This document shows, piece by piece, positions 1 through 10,482 of a stretch of 64,000 bases of DNA. Every line of letters begins with the position of its first letter. The first letter of the stretch is position 1. The notes under the pieces were generated by a model. It was not told the DNA's origin. It made no database searches and worked only from the letters and a program-made list of their open reading frames with translations. A program made the translations under genes and the position numbers. Source of the stretch: Folioceros fuciformis (Eukaryota); assembly GCA_049999805.1 (NCBI GenBank), contig JBNGIO010006337.1, forward strand, positions 117,457-181,456, read 5' to 3'.

Positions 1-858
1 GTTTAAGAATATCCTTGGTATCGTATAGAAGTGTGTGTGCGCCAAAAAGATCTTTCATGTGGTTTCAACCTCATAAATTATAAGATAACTATGCATACTT
101 TACAAACTAAAAAGGCAATAATCATTTAAGTTTTTAGAAAAGGATGAAAATAGATTTTGATTGAGATTAAATTGTGGTATTATAATATTAATAACTATTA
201 TTTATATAACTTATTTAAAAGAGAGAGATCCATCTACCTCAAACAAAAACAAGAAAGGAAGAGACAAGGAAAGGATAGAAAGCCAACAGGCCCATGAATA
301 AGTATTATAATAAAAATATATCAATACTTGAGAAAATATTTTAATGGTATTATAATACAAACTCCAGATACGTATGTAGCAGATGCTGAGGGTGACGACA
401 AGAGTTAATATTTTAGTATTTCATGGACTACATCCGCACGGTATGATGATGCTTGGAGGCAGTGACTGGTTCACGCTGGCTCCCTCAACGTGGTGTGCGT
501 ACCCACAGGATGGAGGCACATCCAAAACGATTTCCCGAAGTAGCTGGACCAAAGAGCTCCGTGAAGGAAGCTTATCCAGAAGCAGTAGCGTAGCGACGCG
601 CATGTCCAAGTTGCCGGCGTCTTTTCATTTTTTTTCTCCTTTCCCGCACGAGATCCTGTTGCAGCGTCTGCGCACAGAACAAGCCAGCGTAGAATAAGCA
701 AGTTGCAGTGTACTCTGACCCCTGTTGTCCCTGTGCCCGCCGCGTCTCTTAGCTTCCCGCTGCTTCCAACCTCTCCTTCCCCGAGTTCTCTCGGCTTCGC
801 TTCTCTTCCATTCTCTACCCTTCCTTCCGTCCTTCCTCTGGCGGTCGGAGCCGGCGCC

Positions 859-894
859 GGCCCCGGCCCCGGCCCCGGCCCCGTCCCCGTCCCC
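859..894. repeat. (GGCCCC)4(GTCCCC)2 hexanucleotide tandem repeat
   Basis: Read directly; the minus strand has six G4 runs. Confidence 0.9.
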
Positions 895-3513
895 AAAATA
901 GCGCCCTGTCATCGCCACAAGTGGCGCGGGATCCCTGTCGGGAACCAACCACCACTGCATGCGATTCTCGTCACTCAACCAGCCCACGCCAGCCCAGTCC
1001 ACACATGCGGACAACATACATTGCCGGACAGGGGAGAGGCAGCGATCGATCAAAGCCCACCAGCCCAGGCACACGTGTTTGCCGTCCCGTCGGTGCTGGG
1101 TGCTGATCTAGTAAAGTAGAAAGAGCGTCGCCTCGCCACTTTGTGCAGTCGTCTCGCCACAAAACCTGAGCCACCCGCGGTTAGCTTCCTCCGGGCCCGG
1201 CCCCCGGGGTTGGATTTTACCTGACCCCGGTCACAGCCGCGGATCGGCCTTTATTGAGGGGCCATCACCCGTCTCTCTCCCCCCACCCTGCCCCATGTAA
1301 CGGTCCTGTGTCTGGTGTCAGGCTCCTGCGCTGCGCTGGCCGTGGAGGGGAGCGGGGCTGCGGGACTGCAGTGAAATCAGGACAGAATTCAACCCAGTGC
1401 CAGCAATCCGGGTGCCTGCCTCTCTGCCAAATATCTCCCTCGCCTCTGTCTTGAAGGAATTGTTTTTTCTGCTTTTCATCAGAATGTTGGTTGTGTTAAA
1501 GACGAGCACAGGCTGCAGCAAGGGAGCAGGCAGCGGAGCGTGGTTGGGTGGGAGAATTCCAAGCGCTGGGCATTTGGCATTCAATGCATCCCTGCCCACA
1601 TAACATCCAATTTTGTGCGCTTGCAGTGGAAGTGTGCGGGGCAGGTGAGGAGCCGACTCAGTCGCACATGGGGAGCCCGGAGGCCGGTACCCGGTACCGC
1701 GAACTCGGTCGGCCGGCCAGGACGCGGTCCACCTACTTTCTTGACTGCGGGTCCGCGACCGCCGACGATACGCCACTGGGAATACACTTTCACGTATGTA
1801 TGTATGTATGTAGGCCCGCACTTATCTGCGGAGCTTCGCATACGGTAGTTTAACGCGGACGGAGAAAGGGTCGAAGAGATCCGAGGATTTCCCACAGGCG
1901 GGCCCACGTCCAGACAATAGAAGAAAGACAAACGGGAAGTGGGCAGCGCGCCGGGGGCAAGAGAAACACGTTTCGCCGGTTTCGCCGTGACAGGGCTATA
2001 CGCGGGTCGCTCCCCCGGGGCTTGGTGCTGGGAGTTGTGGGAAAGGCTCTGCCCGGGGAGCTTGCCGCCCTCGGGCAAAGGGACGGCTCGTGTCCGGAGC
2101 TCCGGCTATGGTGGTGGCCGCGGCCCGCGCCCCTCTGCCGGTCCCTCTCGGCCTCACGCGCGTTGCAGCCTTGCAGGCAGCAGCTGCAGCTGCAGCAGGC
2201 GATCCGGGCCCCGCAGCGCACGACTCATGAGCCGGCCGCGTCACACTGATTGAGAGATGTGGCTGCCTCCGAGGACGGGAAGGGAGGGAATCAATTCTGC
2301 TGCCCGTGCCTCGCTGCCGCGTGCTGGCCGGGACTGGACTACACTGCTCTGGAGTTCATGAGTGCGGCGGCCTGGCCATCATCCTGATACTTGCCTGACG
2401 GCCCTGGATCGTGATAGTGTGGGTTACTAGAGTAAGTGGAGTGTTGTGTAGCATTGTTTGCTGTCCCGCCGGCTGTTGCTGCTGCTCCTGCTGCTTGTCA
2501 CGAGCGGGAAGGGGACGGGACAGCAGGGAAGGCGGGAGAGAGGGAGACGGGTAGACAGCGGGAGGTGGGTTGAAGATATAATACCTGAGTGCGGGTGCGG
2601 ATGTGGATGCGGACCCAGTTGCAAGGGGGAAGAGGGGGAGAGGAGGAGGATGATGAGTGCCGCTGCCCTTGCTAGTGCCACAGACTCTGCCTTGCACCTT
2701 CTCCACTCGGAGAAAAGCACGGCTTCTGGGGTAGTGCGGCCGAGGTAGGGCCCCCAGGGTGCGCCTTTCTGGGAAGGCTAGCCAGCAGGCTGGTGGCAGG
2801 TTGTGCTGGAGCAGGCGCGGAGGTCTCTCTTTTCCCTGCCTCCTCCAGGCTGCGTCTGCCGGCAGCATCGCACTCGCTTGGGGATTCTCGATCGAGGACG
2901 TTGCTGAAACAGGTCGCTGCTGCTCCTCTGCTGTGCACATGCTCCGGGGCTGACACCGGGACCGAACTGCCACGCAGTGTTGCATGCTGTTGCTGTGTGC
3001 TGCAGCATAGCATCGCCTTTACCACGCCCGGACTCCGGGCCACGGCACTGTGGTGCGCGTGCCTGACTACCAATCCCCGCAAGTACCGCCCACGCTCCCG
3101 TAGCTATCAGCTTCCACTTCGCCTGCTTGCTTCTGTCCTGCCTGACTTGGACTGAAGGGAAGGAAGGCGAGGCAAGCACAAGGTGTCCACCAGGCGGGGA
3201 GCTTTTGGGATTCCTTATTCGCTTCCCGGAGAGTGACTCGGTCCTAGAATTCTGGGTGGAAAACAGTCTTGCAGGTGAGCAGTCTCCGTGGGCACAACTC
3301 GCCCGTCCCATGTGGTGAATGTGAGCGTGGGAGATGGGACATGTCCGCGTGCGCCCGGGGAACGATGAGCCAAACTCTCCTTGCTTTGCTGGCCGTGGCT
3401 TCGTCTGATGGTCTCTGGAGTGGACTAGCTGAGTGCGGGAGATGAGGATGTGGAGGAGTCATGCATCTTCTGTCGATTTGTAGAAGCGACAAGGCTCTTC
3501 TGAGGTTAGCCGC

Positions 3514-3540
3514 CTAGCCTAGCCTAGCCTAGCCTAGCCT
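3514..3540. repeat. (CCTAG)n microsatellite at the start of a probable 5'-UTR intron (GAG|GTTAGC near 3506 to TTGCAG 3742) of the ARM gene
   Basis: About five CCTAG units read directly; splice sites inferred from consensus. Confidence 0.7.
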
Positions 3541-3774
3541 CACCTCGCCTCGCCCCGCCCCGTTTGCCTGCTGCTTTGTCTTTCTTTGTTGCATGCCAGT
3601 ATTGTGGCCGCACTTCCCTCCCTCTCCCGCTGTCGCCGCTTGGACGTCCTCGCTTCCCTTCTTCCTAGCCAGCGAGCTTGCTATGTTCGAAACGAAGTGT
3701 AGGAAGCGTAGGAGAGTTATGAGTTGGTTGCCTGTCTTGCAGGAATTGGTTGCCGTGCTTGAAATCGGTAAACT

Positions 3775-5502
3775 ATGGGGGTGTTCGGAGCTAAAGGCGG
3801 GGATGTCCAGCACAGATTTGAAAACAGACCGGAAGGTGGTAGCGCGGATTTGAGCGCGAATAATCTGCTTCACCGGGCTCAGCAGCTTGCTCCGCTCGTC
3901 GACGCCGAATCCCTCAAAGTTAAGGCGTTTTTGGGCCGGTGGAAGATCATCAGGAACAGGCTGCAGCAGCTTCCTGCCCACCTCACTGAGCTAGCTGAGT
4001 CCCCTTGCTTTCTGTACAATCCCTTGTGTTGTGAGCTCCTTCAAAGCATTGTGGGTAGTTTAGAACAGGCCAAAGTTCTAGCCAAAAGCTGTACGGACCT
4101 CAAGTATGGAGGCAAGCTACAGATGCAGAGCGACTTGGACTCGCTGGCTACAAAGCTTGACTTGCACATTCACGACTGCGAGCTTGTTATCAAGAGTGGT
4201 GTGCTCGGAGAAGCACCCCTGGCCGTATGCCGTACAACCCCAGGGACTAGCAGGGAGGCAGTGAGGTGGAACATTATCGATCTCATTGCGCGCCTGCAGA
4301 TTGGGAACACCGACTCCAAGCAGAAAGCTCTTAACAGCCTAGTGGAGCTTATGGAGGAAGATGATAAGAACGTCTTGGTGGTTGCAGGTCAAGGTGGCAT
4401 CCCTGCTCTGGTGCACTTGCTGGACTCCAGCTTGCCTGCCATCCGAGAGAAAGCTGCTGCGGCCATTTGCAGCCTTGCTCTCGCTGATAGCTGTGAGCAT
4501 CTGATCGTCTCCGAGGGGGCAATTGCTCCCCTGGTAAGGCTCCTGGAGTCTGGCAGTTCTCTTGCTAAAGAGAAGGCTGCTGCTGCTCTGCAAGGCCTGG
4601 CATTTAGTGCTGAGAACGCCCGAGCAGTGGCTGCCCACGGTGGTGCGCCAGCTCTGATAGAGATTTGCAGGAGTGGTACTCCAGGAGCCCAGGCGGCTGC
4701 GGCTGGTTCTTTGAGAAATCTTGCAGGGATTGCGGAGATCCGCAGTAGCATAGCGGAAGAAGGTGCTATTCCCATTCTTATCAACTTGGTGGAGTCTGGC
4801 ACTCCACTCGCGCAGGAACATGCTGCGGCCGCCCTGCAAAATATTGCCCTCAACGATGACCAGATGAGGCAAGCCATTGCTGCAGAAGGGGGCATTCAGC
4901 CCTTGTTGAGATACTTGGATGGAGCCACATCTCCCAAGGCGCAGGAGATAGCTATGGGTGCTTTGAGAAACATCGCAGCATCTCCTTCCAATATGGAGTA
5001 CTTGCTCACTGCTGGGTTTCTGCCCCGGCTGGTGTCGGTTTTGCGACACGGAGGATTGACTGCTCAACAAACCGCTGCAGCAGCAGTATGCCACCTTGCG
5101 TTTTCGCTGGAAAGCAGGAGAGCTCTGGGTGAAGCTGGTGTCATCCCAGCACTGGTGAAGATGCTGGACGCCAAGACCAGTACTGCTCAGGAGTGTGCAG
5201 CACAGGCATTGGCGAGTCTTCTGCTTGTGGACAGTAATCGGAAGGAATTTCTGCAGGAGGAGAAGGGGATATCAGGTCTCGTGGCTCTGCTGGATTCGCG
5301 TAACATGAGCATTTCAAAACAGCACCCCATCTCCGCTCTCTCTACTCTGGTACAAAACAGCCGATGCAGGAAGCAAATGGTGTCAGCAGGGGCTTGCTAC
5401 CATCTGGGAATGCTTGCTCAGAGAGACATAGCCGGAGCTAAGCGATTGCTCGAGCGCCTGGAGCGTGGCAAGCTGCGCAGCATCTTCAGCAGAACTTCGT
5501 GA
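3775..5502 (+). CDS. Armadillo (ARM) repeat protein, intronless CDS, 575 aa
   Basis: Long ORF with repeated ~41-aa ARM units (GGIPALVHLL, GAIAPLVRLLESGS..AKEKAAAAL, GAIPILINLVESGT), preceded by the plant-type N-terminal helical region (GKLQMQSDLDSL) and ending LLERLERGKLRSIF. Confidence 0.93.
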   Translation: MGVFGAKGGDVQHRFENRPEGGSADLSANNLLHRAQQLAPLVDAESLKVKAFLGRWKIIRNRLQQLPAHLTELAESPCFLYNPLCCELLQSIVGSLEQAKVLAKSCTDLKYGGKLQMQSDLDSLATKLDLHIHDCELVIKSGVLGEAPLAVCRTTPGTSREAVRWNIIDLIARLQIGNTDSKQKALNSLVELMEEDDKNVLVVAGQGGIPALVHLLDSSLPAIREKAAAAICSLALADSCEHLIVSEGAIAPLVRLLESGSSLAKEKAAAALQGLAFSAENARAVAAHGGAPALIEICRSGTPGAQAAAAGSLRNLAGIAEIRSSIAEEGAIPILINLVESGTPLAQEHAAAALQNIALNDDQMRQAIAAEGGIQPLLRYLDGATSPKAQEIAMGALRNIAASPSNMEYLLTAGFLPRLVSVLRHGGLTAQQTAAAAVCHLAFSLESRRALGEAGVIPALVKMLDAKTSTAQECAAQALASLLLVDSNRKEFLQEEKGISGLVALLDSRNMSISKQHPISALSTLVQNSRCRKQMVSAGACYHLGMLAQRDIAGAKRLLERLERGKLRSIFSRTS

Positions 5503-6066
5503 TCTCTCCTCTATCAGTGATCTGCTGGTGATGTCTGCGGGATGTAAAAACCTCTTCATGTCAAAACCTGATTCCAGGCCTTCGGATGCTACCCATAACA
5601 GTCACAGATCCTGCCTCTATCCTGGTTGGGCGTCAAGTGGTATCTTCTATTTTTAAGGTTCTCAACCCCATACCTACAGTGCTTCCTGGCATCGGATTTT
5701 GAGTCGTGAGCAGGCTCTGTTAACTGTTACGACCACGGAATCGGCGGGACTTCCCTTGCACAGTAGGCAACTTGTCAATTCTTCACGCCAAACGTTGGGA
5801 TATGGGATTGGGGCAGAGCGTGTATATGAACGAAGCTATTAGGTGTGACTTGCAAGTGACTGCTAGAATAGCTACTCCTCACTTGGCTTCCTTCTTGCAG
5901 TAGAATGTAGTTGCTTGTAGCGTAGACTGTACTGATCCTCCTGCGATGATGCTGGCACATCTCGGCACTTTTCGTTAAAAAGGTTGCGTGACCTGCACTC
6001 GCATACGTAAGGGCATCTGGAAGCCTTGTCGTCTGAAATAATTACTGTACAATGTGTTTGGAACGA

Positions 6067-8868
6067 CTACGATCTGGAAAGCGATCCAACCCGATTTTGT
6101 ACCTCCAAAATCTGCGAGACGACCCATTCGTGCTGATCGGAATGTCTGACTGACTTCGTGCTGAGCCACATGGGCAGCGTTTTTTCCAGTAATTTTGTTC
6201 CTTCTTGCAGCATGACAAGCGCTTTCGATATCTCAGAAGAAAAGTGGCTGTTCTTGTCGGTTTTCGACCCATCCTGCTGAATCTGCATTCCTACTGTATC
6301 ACTGTGATCCAATTCGCAAGTCCTCCCCATGTATGCATACGTTCTAGTACTACAAGACGTTCTCAGCCTCTTACATTCCAGCCTCAGGGTGTCCCTGGCC
6401 TCAGAATCTGCATCCAAGTAGGGTCGTCCGAGCTGCTTCTCTAAGAAAGTCTGCACATCTTTCATGAAAATATCCTCAACATCAGGCTGAGATGCATCTG
6501 GTGGAACAAAGCGCCATAACTCTGGCATGGGCGTGTTTGCTGCGAATGTTGAAAATGAAGCAAGTCCCGAGTGAAGTACAGCCCAATGTTGCTCCTTCAG
6601 CACAAAATGATAAAGCTTCAACAATGCCTGCGTAGCGGGATCCTCGGTATCGTCTGGGAACGCAACGTCCCAGAGACTGGATAAAAACTCAGCAACAGAT
6701 AACATCAGATGCAGCTTGGTTCCCACATCCTGATTAACAACACAGCCGATGCTCTGGTGAGCTGACTTGAGCAGATCCGTTATCTTACCCAAACTCAGTT
6801 CTTGCTGCACGTACTGGAATATTTTGAGGATCTGGCTTAAAAGAGCAATACTTTCCGTCCTATATCCATTCCCTCCTTGTGCCCAGCTCGTCTTGACGAC
6901 ATTCAGACATACTTCCGCAATTTCTTTCTTTTTGGCATCTACTTGCTCCCCAATCTCTGTGCTGCTCGTCAAGCCAGATGAACAGACATTTCAGCAAAAG
7001 GTGTCAGGTATGACCAAAAGGGCAGAAAAAAGAAAAAAAAAAAAAGGACACGTGGATGGCTCTCTGGAAAGTTTGTGCAGATCAGCTTACCATAGACGCA
7101 AAACATCAAACAAGCTGGCAGCAGCTTTAATTTGTAGCATAATTCGTGTATAATCTCCTTCGTCTCCTACATCCCAAGCAGGCTCTCGCAAGGTGCTTAA
7201 GCAAGTCTCGATCAGTTGAACCACAGCACCTGTCCTCCGACTATCTGGCAGAAGACCAAACGACCATCCTTCTTGCAACAGAACGTGGGCCAAAGTTGCA
7301 GAGGAAAGTGTTTTGAAGGCATTCTTGGCACAAGCTAGTGAGAAAATCCTTTCTGCCTCTGATGAAGATGCCATTGCCAAAAGTGAACAGATCAACCTTG
7401 CCATCCTTTGCACCGGTATTTCAGAGTCTCTGCCAGCTTCGGAACCACACATAGCCTGCAGAATGCTAAACAAGGCCGAGACATGCTCAGATACTAATGC
7501 TTTGTCCCCATTTCGCACAACAAAACACCAGAGGTTTTTTATGAGCTCAAAACAGAGTGCACTTGGATGTATGGCATTCCGGAACAAGAACTGCTCAACA
7601 GCAACCATTGCTCCAGATGATGCAGCCACTGTTATGAATGTCTCAAGTGCTTGCAGTGCCCACACAAACGTCAGCTGTAAACTCGAAGCATACGTGGTTT
7701 CCTTCACATGCTTTGGAAAAGTCTGACGCTGAAGCATATATCCATAAACTCCCTCTTCTGACAAAGTATCCAAAAGCCAGTCAAGGTGCCTGCACACTTC
7801 AAGCAGCACCTCTGTTTTGTACCCATATGATACGGACAGCAGATTAAGAAAAAGACCGGTGCATCCAACCTTTCCATGGACTCCGGACATTCTGTTGTCA
7901 TCGTCAGAAAACAACTGATCAAGAACAGTGACTGCTTTCTCAGAGTTACACTCTGCCCCCGTTCGTGAATATCCATCCACGATGCACTGCAGAAATTGGC
8001 ACTTCTGATCAAGATCTACATCTTCTGTATTGAGCAGAAATTGCAGAAGCGCACAGGTTGCAGGCCACACAGTTTCGCATAGTGTCTGTTTGAGTTTCGT
8101 ATTATTATTGAGATACTCATCTGGCACAGATAGAACGGAGAAGAGCTTTGTAGCAAAGCGAGCAATAGTATGATGTGCCTTCCCAGATTCCTTTGGATAC
8201 CATCTGGCAATCCGCACGGCGTGGGTGATAAAAAACCGTATGAGACGAGCTTCCTTGTTGTCTGCATCAGGTATATTAAGAGGCTTGGAAATATGTACCA
8301 GGCTTGATTTTACTGCTGCCTTCAGCTTCTGCAATCCTTGAAGAACAAGCTGCATGACTATGACACTGACGTCCAAGACCTCCCCAAAGGCTTCAATCCC
8401 TTCCTGCGGCTGAACTAAAAGCATCACGGATTTCCATAGGGCATTCAAAATCTGAGGAGTCCCACTTTCAGCACAGGCATTGGCAGTCAGTACCATACTG
8501 TCCAATGCCACCCTCAGGACGCTCAACCTTGTCACCCTCGTTGTATTGGCATGTCCACCGCTTGCAGATAAGGCAGCGCCTGACGGTGATAGACTTAGCT
8601 TGATACTCGACAGCCAAGACTGTGCACTATCAATCAAGTCACTGGCAAGTGGACGCAGGTCCTCCTCAACATGGTTCATCTTGACATAATTCTGTGCAGA
8701 GAAACGAGGACAGTCGAACTCACTTACCCTACAATATTTAGGAACAATGGAACCTTCATGATAGCGCAGGGAAACTGGGGTTCCATTTCATGATACCTTT
8801 CTCGTGCTCATGATTTCTATGTAGCTGAAAGATGTCTTGATAAAGGCCTCAACCGAACTGGCAGCCAT
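6067..8868 (-). CDS. FLIP: FIDGETIN-LIKE-1-interacting protein (FLIP / C1orf112-FIRRM family), multi-exon; 5' exon boundaries approximate
   Basis: Two large exons (~7090-8690 and 6067-~6963) joined by a GT-AG intron. The C-terminal motif LKEQHWAVLHSGLASFSTFAANTPMPELWRFVPPDA resembles the conserved plant FLIP segment (ERHWALIH..L.AF.YF.ART....LWRF.P.DA). Candidate ATG at 8868 (MAASSVEAFIK). Confidence 0.72.
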
Positions 8869-9612
8869 GTCGTCTGTCCAGTTTATTTTAAGAGGTGATG
8901 AGGTAAATACGGTAGTAGCCAAAGAAGCAACGCTCTTTAATGCCTGCAGAACGTGATTGCAGAAGGTCAACCCTCAAAGAGCAAGACTAACTGATCTTTT
9001 ACCAGATAACTGGCCAACCAAGAGTAGGTGAGCTATGCATACATCACAGGCAGCATCAAACTTTTGATCCGGGAGAACTCCCTCTCGATCCCATATTTGC
9101 ACAGTTTTTCCTCCCCATTCACAAGCCTGCAAGACACGGGAATACATGAACGGGGGCAATGCTGTATTCCGTAAGCCGAGCAGCGAACAAAGCTAGCCAG
9201 AAAATCGCCATTCTTCCTAGGTATAAAGACGAATGAGCACCTGAGTGGCAAGATCCAGAAATTGAACCGGAATGCCGTCGCCTCCAGAAACATGGGATAT
9301 CTGACAGCGTGCAGCTTGAATGAGGCTGTTCCGCCACTGAAGAGTGCTGATGTTGGAGCTGAAGCTCTCTTCCCACAGGCCCCATGACGCAGTCAAGGAG
9401 AGAAGCCAACAGGAAACAGAGAGAGAGAGAGTGACTCGATATCCGAAGACAGTTGACAGCCAACCAGGCAGAGAATCGGCGATCGCAGAGTTCCCAAAAA
9501 TAAGGATACTGCCAAGCTCTTAGCGATTTCAATCCTTCCAACTGCACTCGCAAATGAAAGGTGCTGCAGTAAACGCACGCGGTGGATGCGCTGATCAAAA
9601 TCCTGGCGAACA

Positions 9613-9756
9613 CAGACACAGGTGTTAATACATGGAGCTCCCCAAGCCAGTGACAAGTTGTTGGAGAGAGGAAGATCGGTCCTGTTGGCTGATCTTCCTC
9701 TCTCCAACAGCTTCGCTTCTCTTCTCTTCAGACTGCTAGCGCCTGGCCTGTCTGTT
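9613..9756 (+). ncRNA. Candidate MIR precursor hairpin (core stem 9655-9713)
   Basis: 9655-9681 pairs with 9687-9713 over 27 bp with only three G:U pairs on the + strand and a 5-nt loop. There is an imperfect basal stem and a downstream donor AAG|GTAAGG at ~9816. Confidence 0.5.
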
Positions 9757-10482
9757 ACATTTGAGCTGTCTCAATTTTGCTACTTCAACATCAAAAAGCA
9801 CACCAAGCGGATAAGGTAAGGAGATTCGGCTTTGCCTGAAGAGACCTGAGTTCGTCGAGAAGGAGCTTGCATTTGTCGTCGTCAGTCTCCATCTTGTCAC
9901 CTCCTTCCTTCCGTCCCTACCTGCTCGAACGCCTTACAGACTGCCGCTTCGCCGGGCATTCAGGCCAACATGGCTCAAGCATAAAAATTGACCAACGGCC
10001 GAAACATCATTCAAGTCGCGGTTGGCGGGAAGTTTCGAAGAACCCTTAATCTTGTTGGAAAGTGGGAGCTGATTGTCTCGAAGACCAAATATTTTCGAAG
10101 ACCACTGCTGGGCTAAAGCGTTTTGAGTACAGCCATCGACACGTATCCACAAGATCTTTTCGTATTGAAGTTGGAAAGTGAAGTGTTTATATATCAACAT
10201 ACAGTGATTAACAAATTAATGAATTCCACTTGGAATCAGCGTATTACAGTTTGCACGAGTTTGGGGAAGGCGGTGAACCCTGTGACATCGTTGCAACATG
10301 GTAAGCGGAGCCGCCCAGTCCGCGACATGAAAGTAGAAAGTAAATGCAAAATGAAGTGGACTTTACCTGGTGTTCTACCATACATCCGCTCCTGTGTGGG
10401 TGGTGTTCGACAAGAGAAAAGCTTTGGTAAGTTCACTAACGTCTAACATTAGAGTTCCAGCCAAGGCGCCCGAACCATCGGA

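Noticed and set aside
1888-2045. TTTCCCACA / TGTGGGAAA inverted repeat
   Set aside because: Only 9 bp with no extended pairing; compatible with chance.
4339-5094. Long antisense ORFs over ARM (and similarly over PPR, HOL, EPSPS)
   Set aside because: Shadow ORFs expected from GC-rich coding sequence; no recognisable motifs.
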